From: Alphaproteobacteria bacterium | GTDB taxonomy: Bacteria > Pseudomonadota > Alphaproteobacteria > UBA7985 > JAUIBT01 | DNA: 64,000 nucleotides | Reading direction: 5' to 3' | NCBI GenBank assembly: GCA_030432195.1 | Contig: JAUIHE010000002.1 | Span: 5,045 to 69,044, forward strand | Shown: positions 9,853 through 19,200 of the stretch, one piece after another | How positions within the stretch are numbered: position 1 is the stretch's first letter | Layout of the letters: every line of letters starts with the position of its first letter | Program-made: the position numbers and the translations under genes | Notes under the pieces: model-generated | The model's input: only the letters and a program-made list of their open reading frames with translations | What the model was told of the DNA's origin: nothing | Databases searched by the model: none

Positions 9853-10452
9853 ATGTTTTTAGCGCGTCGTTTGCTGTTGATGGCCAGCGCAAGTGCTGCG
9901 GTTTTAGGTGTCTCCAGTATTCCAGCTTCGGCTTCGGGTGCGGTAGACCAAGTAAAAGCCGCCGCTCGTATCGCGACCAATGGCATTGGTCGAGGATCGC
10001 GTTCTTCGCGTCGCAGTTCTGCGCGCTCCTTCGTCAATCAGTACATTTCTGTGTCTGCTCTGGCGCGCTCGTCGTTGGGACGAGAATACGAAGATTTGAC
10101 CTCCTCGCAAAAGAGTCGCTATCGCTCTTTGTTTAAAGAGTATTTGGTCGAATACATCTTGGGCTTCTTCGCCAACTATGCGGGGCAGCGCATTGACGTG
10201 CTGCCACGGACCAAAAAGCGCGGCTCTTTGACGATCGTGGCTTCGACCATCACTCACAAGGGCAAGAAGTACGATGTGGACTGGACGCTGGTGGGCTCTG
10301 GCAGCTACCGCCTGTATGACGTCAGCATTGAAGGTCTGAGCCTGCGCCGAGATACCAAGGCCCGCTTTACGCGCGTCTATCGTGCCAAAGGCTACGATGG
10401 TCTGATTACCGCGATGAATAACTACATCCGCCGCTCGAAAGCGGTCGGCTAA
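9853..10452 (+). CDS. MlaC/Ttg2D-family periplasmic lipid-binding protein
   Basis: 199-aa ORF; Sec signal peptide; YRLYDVSIEGLSL and FKEYLVEYI segments resemble the toluene-tolerance Ttg2D/MlaC family. Confidence 0.6.
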   Translation: MFLARRLLLMASASAAVLGVSSIPASASGAVDQVKAAARIATNGIGRGSRSSRRSSARSFVNQYISVSALARSSLGREYEDLTSSQKSRYRSLFKEYLVEYILGFFANYAGQRIDVLPRTKKRGSLTIVASTITHKGKKYDVDWTLVGSGSYRLYDVSIEGLSLRRDTKARFTRVYRAKGYDGLITAMNNYIRRSKAVG

Positions 10453-10603
10453 CAGACCTGCGACATTCGATTTAGACCCATAAGGCGCGCTCAGGCCTCC
10501 TAATCCGGCTTGGGCGCGTCTATGCGTTTATGAATGAGGGCTTGGACCTATTGCCAAGGCAATAGCGATTGCTGGACGCCCCTTTCCTGGGTAGAAACGG
10601 GAC

Positions 10604-11281
10604 ATGCTGATTAAACGCCTCTTCGATATTCTGGTCTCCGCGCTCGCTTTGCTCATCTTGTCCCCGCTGCTATTGGGGCTCGCTGTGCTGATTTGGCACA
10701 AGTTGGGTTGGCCTGTCTTCTTTACCCATATACGCGCGGGCAAGGATGGGCGTCCGTTTCGGATTATCAAGTTTCGCAGCATGTTGGACGCGACGCCTGA
10801 CAAACAGACTGACGAGGAACGCCTGACGCCCTTCGGCGCTAAGCTCCGCTCGACCAGTTTGGACGAGCTGCCAGAGCTCTGGAACGTCCTAACCGGCACG
10901 ATGAGCCTGGTCGGCCCCCGCCCATTGCTGTTGGACTATCTGCCGCTCTATAATTCAGAACAAGCCCGTCGCCACGCGCTGCGCCCTGGTATCACCGGTT
11001 GGGCACAGGTCAACGGGCGCAATGCGCTCGATTGGCCTGATCGCTTTGCGCTGGATACTTGGTATGTCGATAATCGCAGCTTTGCGCTCGATTTGAAGAT
11101 TATGGCTATGACGGTCGGCAAGGTTTTGGCGCGCGATGGCGTCACATCGGCAACGTCGGTGACGATGGAGCGCTTTTTGGGCAATCCACCAAAGGGAGGT
11201 GCCTCTGTGAATGGTGCCCCACCGGCGCAAACCGAGCAGAGGGCTGCCACTGAACAGAGTGAAAAGGAAGGTTCGTCATGA
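10604..11281 (+). CDS. Polyprenyl-phosphate sugar-phosphate transferase (small bacterial sugar transferase, PglC/WbaP C-terminal type)
   Basis: 225-aa ORF; [21 protein letters not shown] re-entrant helix, [16 protein letters not shown] motifs. Confidence 0.8.
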   Translation: MLIKRLFDILVSALALLILSPLLLGLAVLIWHKLGWPVFFTHIRAGKDGRPFRIIKFRSMLDATPDKQTDEERLTPFGAKLRSTSLDELPELWNVLTGTMSLVGPRPLLLDYLPLYNSEQARRHALRPGITGWAQVNGRNALDWPDRFALDTWYVDNRSFALDLKIMAMTVGKVLARDGVTSATSVTMERFLGNPPKGGASVNGAPPAQTEQRAATEQSEKEGSS

Positions 11282-11937
11282 CCGGCTCTCTGACCACTTT
11301 CAAGCGCCAGCTTCCCAATGCGATTAGCTTGGCCAGGGCCTTTGGCATCCTGCCTTTGGCAGCTCTTTTGATTTTTGGCCAAGCGTTGGCCGCGCTGGTG
11401 TTGCTGACCTTGTTGATCGCTAGTGACTGGCTGGATGGCTATCTCGCCCGCCGCTTTCAAGTCATCAGCCGCACTGGGACTTGGCTTGATCCGCTGGCTG
11501 ACAAGGTAATGGTGCTGGGGCTCTATGTCTTTTTCGCCTGTTGGTGCAGTTTGCCTGGCTCCGTGCTGACCGCTTGGTTTTGGCTGCCGATCGCCATTAT
11601 CACTTTGCGCGAGGTCTATATGATCGTTCTACGCTCGCGCGCCGCCGACGCGGGTAAAGCCGTGCCTGCATCAAAGTTGGCGAAGATCAAAACCACGAGC
11701 CAATTTATAGCGCTTTATCTCATGGTGCCCGGTTTCATGGTGTTGCAGCAGCAGCAGATGGCAGGCGAGCCCGGTTCAGGCGCGTCGTCGGTTTCCTTTG
11801 CTGCGTGGCTGGCGCGCTGGGCTCAACACGGGCTCTATGAGGGCATTTTGCTGGCTTTGCTTTGGCTGGCCGCAGGGCTCACCTTGTTGTCGGTGTGGGG
11901 CTATATCAAGCAGGCGCTGCATGCTGGACGCGGCTAG
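11278..11937 (+). CDS. CDP-alcohol phosphatidyltransferase family protein (PgsA-like)
   Basis: 219-aa ORF; exact D-x2-D-G-x2-A-R-x8-G-x3-D-x3-D motif in [27 protein letters not shown]; ATGA overlap with the upstream gene. Confidence 0.75.
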   Translation: MTGSLTTFKRQLPNAISLARAFGILPLAALLIFGQALAALVLLTLLIASDWLDGYLARRFQVISRTGTWLDPLADKVMVLGLYVFFACWCSLPGSVLTAWFWLPIAIITLREVYMIVLRSRAADAGKAVPASKLAKIKTTSQFIALYLMVPGFMVLQQQQMAGEPGSGASSVSFAAWLARWAQHGLYEGILLALLWLAAGLTLLSVWGYIKQALHAGRG

Positions 11938-13123
11938 CTCATCTCGGAAGCCTGAGCCCCGTGCCAGGCGGCGCGATTGGTTCGATCGCTTGCTGTTGGG
12001 GCTACAAACTGGCCTTCTGATCTCCGCCCTTCTGTCATTGCTGTGGGTCGGATATCAAGCCTGGCAAAACCCTTTTGTAGAGGCGGTGGTCACCCGTAGC
12101 GCAGAAGAACTGCGTGAAGCTGTGTGGCTGCGGGTAGAACAGAAATTCGATCAAGGCGAGCTTGATCAACGTCTGCGCTCAGCCCTGGATCAAGAGCCTG
12201 TTGCCTGGACCGAAGTCGATCTGACCTTAGCCCTGGCGGAGCGGTTCCAGTTGACGCCCGATCCTGAGTTGGCAACGGCCGTAGCCAGCGCTCGCAAGGA
12301 TGCCCGGCGACCTGTGGCTCTGCTAGGCGATTGTTTTCGCGGTATATTTGGTTTGGATTTGGGCCAGGGCCTGACCGAAGCCAGCTGTGCCGGGGTCTCG
12401 GAAGTAACCTCGGTCGGCGACATCAAGTCCATCTTGCGCGCCGCAGGTGCTGCGGCGTCGGGCCAGCAGATCGACCGTTTCGATCTTGGGCTGGGGATCG
12501 CAGGACTAGCGCTGACCGGTGCCACGCTTGTTTCTGCGGGCACGGCCGCACCCGCCAAAGCAGGCGTCGTTACGGTCAAATTGGCCAAACGCGCGCGCGC
12601 GCTTTCCCCCGGCCTGGAGCGCCACCTGCAAAAGCGCCTGGCACACAGCGTGCATCTGGACCGTGCTTTGAAGGAGCTGGCTAGCCAGGTGGGCAAAGGG
12701 CTGTTTGTGCAGGGGGCGAGTTTGCAGAGCAGGGCAGTCAAGATTGCCAAGGCGTCGATCGACCCAAAAGCGTTCGACCACCTCGCGCGTGATTTAGCGG
12801 ATTTGGGGGTTGCCTTGCAGCGCGTTGGCCCCGGCTCGGCGCTCTACACCCTGCGCTTCGTCGGCTCGGGGCAGGACATCGCCCGCCTGAAACGCTTTAG
12901 CGAGGCCATGGGCAAGGAAACGCCACACGCTTTGTCGGTTCTGGGTCGGGCCGGGTATCGATTATCGGTCAAGACTTTGCGCACGGGGGTGCGGCTGACA
13001 AAGACAATCGGCCTGCTGGTTTGGAATGTCGTGGCATTAGTCTTCAGCTTGGCGCTGTCTTTTCTGAAGTGGTTGGTGTCGGCCTGGTTGAAACGGGCAC
13101 GGCGGGCGCGGCGCTTGGCGTGA
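11921..13123 (+). CDS. Hypothetical membrane-anchored protein
   Basis: Long ORF with coding-like composition; hydrophobic segments near both termini; no motif recognised. ATG at 11921 chosen to limit overlap with the upstream gene. Confidence 0.5.
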   Translation: MLDAASSSRKPEPRARRRDWFDRLLLGLQTGLLISALLSLLWVGYQAWQNPFVEAVVTRSAEELREAVWLRVEQKFDQGELDQRLRSALDQEPVAWTEVDLTLALAERFQLTPDPELATAVASARKDARRPVALLGDCFRGIFGLDLGQGLTEASCAGVSEVTSVGDIKSILRAAGAAASGQQIDRFDLGLGIAGLALTGATLVSAGTAAPAKAGVVTVKLAKRARALSPGLERHLQKRLAHSVHLDRALKELASQVGKGLFVQGASLQSRAVKIAKASIDPKAFDHLARDLADLGVALQRVGPGSALYTLRFVGSGQDIARLKRFSEAMGKETPHALSVLGRAGYRLSVKTLRTGVRLTKTIGLLVWNVVALVFSLALSFLKWLVSAWLKRARRARRLA

Positions 13124-13148
13124 TACTTGCCGCAAGGCGATGCCCGCG

Positions 13149-13256
13149 CTAGAGCAAGCCGCGAATGAGTGGCAATACGAATGAGCATGGACTTGCGTTA
13201 GAAATCAGCCAGCTAGAGCGGAAGGGCTGTCGTAACGACAGGGCCCGACGCTCTAG
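13149..13256 (+). repeat. ~108-bp structured intergenic repeat, copy 1
   Basis: About 90% identical to 30894-31001 (+) and 58115-58222 (-); CTAGAGC/GCTCTAG termini and a nested hairpin. Confidence 0.85.
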
Positions 13257-14077
13257 AAAGTTACGATGGCCAAGATCAGCAAACCGACAAAGACCCGATA
13301 GACGACAAATATCGTAAAGCTAGCGGTGCGTAGCCAACGCATGAGCCACCAAATCGCCATGAGCGCGACTGCAAACGACAGGCCCGCGGCCCAAAATGCC
13401 GCCGCTGTAAGGGCTGTATTGTGCTCTTGGAACAAGTCGATCATGGCCAGCAGCCCGGCGCCTGATATGGCCGGGATGGAAAGCAGCATGGAAAAGCGAG
13501 CGGCTTCCTCGCGCTCCATGCCCTGAAACCGGCCTGCGGTCATGGTGATGCCTGAACGGCTGGTACCAGGGATGAGTGCCAAGACCTGCATCAGACCGAT
13601 GCTGACATAATCCGGCCAGTCCAGATTGTCGATTTTGCGCACTTGCAGCATGAAACGATCGGCAAGCCACAACACGACGCCGAAAATGATTGTCGCCCAG
13701 GCGATGACCTGCGGCACCCGCAGATATTGAGTGATGATGTCTTTGGTGAAAAATCCGACGATGACCAAAGGAATCGAGGCGACCACCACCGCCAACATTA
13801 AGCGGCTGTCCTTGTTTGGGCGCCCTCTCGCCAGTTGGTAGAGCCCCCGTATCATGGCAAAAACGTCGCGCCAAAAATATAGGATCACGGCGCCCAAGGT
13901 GCCCATGTGTACAGCGACGTCCAAAACCAGCTGTGAGTTCTTGGCCAACTCTGCTTCGTTCCCCAGGCCTAGAGCGGCGCTCGATTCCCAAAGGATGATT
14001 AGGTGACCGGACGAAGAAATGGGCAAGAATTCGGTCAAGCCTTGAACCAAGGCCAACAGAACGAGCATTAAGTACAT
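13253..14077 (-). CDS. uppP: Undecaprenyl-diphosphate phosphatase
   Basis: 274-aa polytopic ORF; N-terminal GLTEFLPISSSGHL motif of BacA/UppP. Confidence 0.9.
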   Translation of the reverse strand: MYLMLVLLALVQGLTEFLPISSSGHLIILWESSAALGLGNEAELAKNSQLVLDVAVHMGTLGAVILYFWRDVFAMIRGLYQLARGRPNKDSRLMLAVVVASIPLVIVGFFTKDIITQYLRVPQVIAWATIIFGVVLWLADRFMLQVRKIDNLDWPDYVSIGLMQVLALIPGTSRSGITMTAGRFQGMEREEAARFSMLLSIPAISGAGLLAMIDLFQEHNTALTAAAFWAAGLSFAVALMAIWWLMRWLRTASFTIFVVYRVFVGLLILAIVTF

Positions 14078-14729
14078 AGGCGACCCAGACCCGGCGGCGG
14101 GTTTCTCCAGAAAAAAGAGCGTTTTAGTGCTGCTTTGAGTGAAAATAACGAGAGGAAAGACAGCGCAAGAAGCCCCAATCCGGGGCAGATCGCCTGCTCT
14201 CTAGGCTCGATACCACAGGGGCATGCAAAAATGAAGCAAAGCAATTAGTATCGTTTGGCGACTAATTTATTGAGCGATTGGGTGTTCTTGGCGAATTGAC
14301 ATGGTTGAGCTACCTAGGTAGGGATAATTTCGTCGCGTTCCGGGACTAATTGTGTGAATTTGCTTGATTTCCCGTCTGTTGGGCCTAGTGTGCGCGGTGT
14401 TACAAGCGCCGCTGGCTCCAGCTAGCCGGGATGCAAGAGACAGGTCCAGGCTTTCCAACCGCCCCAGGCCTACCTTGGAGCGATTGCCCGCGATCGCACC
14501 GGCGATCATGGCGGCGACATAGTGCGTCTGATCGTGCATCGTGTGACCGATCGTGCATAGGCCGCACAATAGAGATGAACCGCGAGAAAAACGACAAGAG
14601 ACCCGAGAAACCAGACCTGACCGGTGCGCTAGCATTCTGGTCGCCGCCACACCAAACAAGAACCGCTGATGAAAAAGCAGCACCAATAAAATAACACACC
14701 ACCACCTGCCCCTAACAATTGAACGACGC

Positions 14730-16157
14730 ATGCTCAAATTTACCGACCTCAACCAAGCCTACCCCATCAAGCGCGGTGCGGATGCCCGTCGCGACGATTT
14801 TCGGGAAATCTACCAGGACTTCGCTGACGACAAAGCGAACGAGCAAGCATCGCGCTGTTCGCAGTGCGGCGTGCCCTATTGTTCCGTTCACTGTCCGCTG
14901 GGCAACAACATCCCGGATTGGCTGAACTTGGCCGCCGCAGGGCGTCTGGACGAAGCCTATACCGAGGCCTCGCGCACCAACACCTTCCCTGAGATTTGCG
15001 GGCGCATTTGTCCGCAGGACCGCTTGTGTGAAGGCAACTGTGTGATCGAGAGCGCGGGGCATGGGGCGGTCACCATTGGCTCAATCGAAAAGTACATCAC
15101 AGAGCATGCCTTTGACAGCGGGCTGGTCAAACCGATCCAACCGCACCAAGAACGGAGCGAAAAGGTCGCCATTATTGGTGCTGGCCCTGCTGGTCTTGCC
15201 GCCGCCGAGCAGCTCCGCCAGCAAGGGGTGCAGGTGACGGTCTTCGACCGCTATGACCGTGTTGGCGGCCTGCTGGTCTATGGGATCCCTGGTTTCAAGC
15301 TTGAAAAGCACGTGGTGGCCCGCCGTCGCGACTGGCTGGAGCAGTCGGGCGTGCGTTTTGTTTTGAATTCGGACATCGGACGCACCCAAGGATTTTCAGA
15401 CCTTCGCCAAGAATACGATGCGATCTTGATCGCGACCGGTGTCTACAAGGTGCGCGATCTGAAGGCGCCGGGCTCTGGCCTGGACGGCATCGTGGCGGCA
15501 CTGGATTACTTGACGACATCTAACAAGCAGAACATGGGCGACAGCGTTCCCGACTATGAGAGCGGCCGGTTGAACGCTAAGGGCAAAAAGGTTGTGGTCA
15601 TCGGCGGCGGTGACACGGCCATGGATTGTGTGCGCACCGCCATTCGCCAAGGCGCAACCGATGTAACCTGTCTGTACCGTCGTGACCGCGCGAACATGCC
15701 GGGATCACAGCGCGAAGTCGCCAATGCCGAAGAAGAAGGCGTGACCTTTAACTGGCTGTCGGCGCCTTTGGCCTTCGACGGCGACGATCGTGTTGCTTCG
15801 GTCAGGGTTCAAAAGATGCGCTTGGGCATGCCCGATGCCTCTGGCCGCTCCCAGCCAGAAGCTATCCCGGACGCCGTTGAAACGCTGGAAGCCGATCTGG
15901 TGGTCAAGGCCTTGGGCTTTGAACCTGAGGATCTGCCAAAAATGTTCGCTGAGCCCGGCCTGCAGGTGACCCGCTGGGGCACGCTGAAAGTCGATTGGTC
16001 GAGCATGCAAGTGCAAGATATGCCCGGCGTCTTTGGGGCGGGCGATATCGTCCGCGGCGCAAGCTTGGTGGTCTGGGCGATCCGCGATGGCCGCGATGCC
16101 GCACAAGGCATCTTGGGCTACCTCAATGCTCAACAAGCGCAGTTGGCCGCAGAATAG
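14730..16157 (+). CDS. gltD: Glutamate synthase (NADPH) small subunit
   Basis: 475-aa ORF; Fe-S cysteine clusters CSQCGVPYCSVHCPLGNNIPDW, dinucleotide folds IIGAGPAGLAAA and VIGGGDTAMD. Confidence 0.9.
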   Translation: MLKFTDLNQAYPIKRGADARRDDFREIYQDFADDKANEQASRCSQCGVPYCSVHCPLGNNIPDWLNLAAAGRLDEAYTEASRTNTFPEICGRICPQDRLCEGNCVIESAGHGAVTIGSIEKYITEHAFDSGLVKPIQPHQERSEKVAIIGAGPAGLAAAEQLRQQGVQVTVFDRYDRVGGLLVYGIPGFKLEKHVVARRRDWLEQSGVRFVLNSDIGRTQGFSDLRQEYDAILIATGVYKVRDLKAPGSGLDGIVAALDYLTTSNKQNMGDSVPDYESGRLNAKGKKVVVIGGGDTAMDCVRTAIRQGATDVTCLYRRDRANMPGSQREVANAEEEGVTFNWLSAPLAFDGDDRVASVRVQKMRLGMPDASGRSQPEAIPDAVETLEADLVVKALGFEPEDLPKMFAEPGLQVTRWGTLKVDWSSMQVQDMPGVFGAGDIVRGASLVVWAIRDGRDAAQGILGYLNAQQAQLAAE

Positions 16158-16289
16158 CGGTCGCTGCCTCGACAAAACGAGCGGCCGGCGCACTGGCAAA
16201 ATCCACAATTCGGGGGGCGATCAACGTTCCCCATCCCCGCATGATGCGGCTCCTGTCCGGAGCCAGATAAACAAATAGGACCGAAGGCC

Positions 16290-19200
16290 ATGACTAAGAA
16301 AACCATCAGCTCTATCGCGAACGAGCAAGACGCTCAGCAGTGGGTCGATCACTATCGCCGCACGCAAGCTCAGCTCACCGATGCGCACGCCTACCGCCCG
16401 GATCAGGAGCACGAGAACTGCGGGGTTGGTTTGGTGGCCGCGACCGATGGCAAGCCAACCCGTTTGGTGGTTGAGACCGCAATTCAAGCCCTGAAGGCGG
16501 TATGGCACCGCGGCGCTGTTGACGCCGACGGCAAGACCGGTGACGGCGCGGGCATTATGATGAATATCCCGCAAGCCTTCTTCCGTTCCGAAGTTGAGCG
16601 TACCGGTCACATCGTGCCCGAAGGGGCGTCTGTTGGCGTGGGGCAGGTCTTCTTGCCGCGTACCGATATGGCCAAACAAGAAGCCTGCCGTGTCATTATT
16701 GAGCGCGAGATTTTGAACGCGGGCTACCGAATTCACGGTTGGCGCCAGGTGCCGGTTGAACCCGCGGTTCTGGGGATGAAGGCCAACGCCACCCGCCCAG
16801 AAATTGAGCAAATCTTGATCCACGTTGACGCTGGCGCGGACATCGAAGCAACCGAGCGCAACTTTTACATTATTCGCCGCCGCATCGAAAATGCCGCGCG
16901 CGCCAAAGGCATTTCAGAGCTGTATGTCTGTTCGCTGTCGATCAATTGCATCATCTACAAGGGCATGTTCCTGGCTCAGGACCTATCGGAGTTCTATCCG
17001 GACTTGTTGGACCCGCGCTTTGTGTCGAACGTGGCTTTGTATCACCAGCGCTATTCGACCAACACCTTCCCAACATGGTCGCTGGCTCAGCCGTTCCGCG
17101 TGATCGCCCACAACGGCGAAATCAACACGCTGAAGGGCAATCACAACTGGATGCGCGCGCATGAATCGCGCATGGAATCGGATGCAACCTTCGGGGATGC
17201 GATCGATGAGTTGCGCCCGGTTATTCAGCCTGGCAGCTCTGATACCTCGGCCATGGACGCCGTGTTCGAGCTGCTGTGCTCAAGCCAACGCAGCTTGCCC
17301 ATGGTCAAGTCGCTCATGATCCCCGAAGCTTGGAGCGAAGATGCCACCATGCCCGATGCGCACAAGGCGCTTTATCAGTACTGCAACTCGGTCATGGAGC
17401 CCTGGGACGGCCCCGCGGCGGTCGTCGGGCACTACGGGTCTTGGGTCATCGCGGGCTTGGACCGTTCGGGTCTGCGTCCCATGCGCTATTCCATTGTGCG
17501 CGACCGCCAAAACGACTCGGAGTTGCTGATTGCGGGCTCTGAGACCGGCATGGTGCGGATCGACGAACAAGACGTCGTTAAGCTGGGCCGCATTGGACCG
17601 GGCAGCTTGATCGCCGTCAACCTGGCCGAAGGCAAGCTCTACATGGACAGCGAGATCAAAGATTTGCTGGCCAGCGAGCATCCTTTTGCAGACTGGACCC
17701 AGGGCATCAAGCGCCTGGACGAACGCATGCAAGCGTCGCGGGTACCGGGCACCACCGCTGAGAACAGCGAATTTGAGGGCGAAGAACTGCGCCGTCGCCA
17801 GTTGGTCTATGGGTCGACCCATGAGGAGCTGGAGCTGATCTTGCACCCCATGATCGTTGACGGCAAAGAGCCGATTGGCTCCATGGGCGATGATACCCCT
17901 ATGGCGGTCTTGTCAGACAAGTACCGGCCTTTGCACCACTTCTTCCGTCAAGATTTCAGCCAGGTAACCAACCCGCCCATCGACTCGCTGCGCGAACGCA
18001 GCGTCATGTCGTTGACGACGCGCTTGGGCAACCTGGGCAACATCCTGGACGTCAGCGCGAGCCAGTGTGATTTGTACCTGCTGTCTTCACCGGTTCTGAC
18101 CAACGGCGAATGGCAGGGTGTTAAGGACGCGCTGGTCGGCGATGGCGCCGAGATCGCGGAAATCGACTGTACCTATGACCCCAGCGAGGGCAGCACCGCC
18201 ATGCGCGATGCCATTACCCGCATTCGCGGTGACGCCGAGCGCGCCGCGCGCCGGGGCATCCAGCACTTGTTCTTGTCCGACAAGGCCATTGGGGCCAACC
18301 GCGCACCTTTGCCGATGATCCTGGCGACCGGGGCGGTTCACACTCACCTGCTGGAAACCGATCTGCGGACTTTTGTCTCGCTGAATGTCCAGTCTGGCGA
18401 GTGCATGGATACGCACTATTTTGCCGTGCTGATCGGTGTCGGTGCGACCTCGGTCAACGCCTACATGGTGCAGGAGAATGCCGCTGATCGCATCCGCCGC
18501 GGGTTGGTGCCCGATGGCACAACGCTGGACGTGGCTATGGGCCGCTTCAAGAAGGCTATCGGCGACGGCATTTTGAAAATCATGTCAAAGATGGGCATCG
18601 GCGTCGTCAGCTCCTACCGGGGCGGCTACAACTTCGAGGCCGTCGGCCTGTCGCGCACGCTGGTCTCCGAGTTCTTCCCAGGTGTGCCCTCGCGCATTTC
18701 GGGCATCGGTCTGATCGGCATCCAAAAGAAGCTCAACGAGCTGCATGCCAAGGCCTATAATCAAGCAGCCGTTCCGCTGCCGATTGGGGGCTTCTATCGT
18801 TTCCGTCGCGGTGAAGAAAAGCACGCCTGGGACGCGCGCAACATGCACTTGTTGCAGTCGGCCGTGAACAAAGGCTCGTTCCAGACCTACAAGCAGTACG
18901 CCAAGATGGTCAACGAGCAGTCGCCGATTTGGCTGCGCGATCTGCTGGGCTTCAAGACCGAGGGCCTTCGCGCCATTGACCTGTCGGAAGTCGAGAGCGT
19001 TACCAGCCTGCGCAAGCGCTTTGTGACCCCGGGCATCTCGCTGGGTGCGCTGTCCAAGGAAGCGCACGAGACCCTGGCGATTGCCATGAACCGTATCGGT
19101 GCGCGCTCTGATTCGGGCGAGGGCGGCGAAGATCCTGACCGCTATCACCCTTGGGCAGGCGGAGATAACGCTAAGTCTGCCATTAAGCAGGTGGCGTCGG

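Noticed and set aside
12844-13188. ORFs 12844..13188 (minus) and 58183..58500 (plus) sharing an N-terminal (I/C)ATHSRLA peptide
   Set aside because: The shared peptide comes from the 108-bp DNA repeat. The rest of each ORF is unrelated and overlaps better-supported features.
14267-14752. 161-aa minus-strand ORF in the gltD upstream region
   Set aside because: It has no ribosome-binding site and atypical composition (Arg/Ser/Cys-rich), it overlaps the gltD start, and no motif was recognised. The region is left as non-coding.
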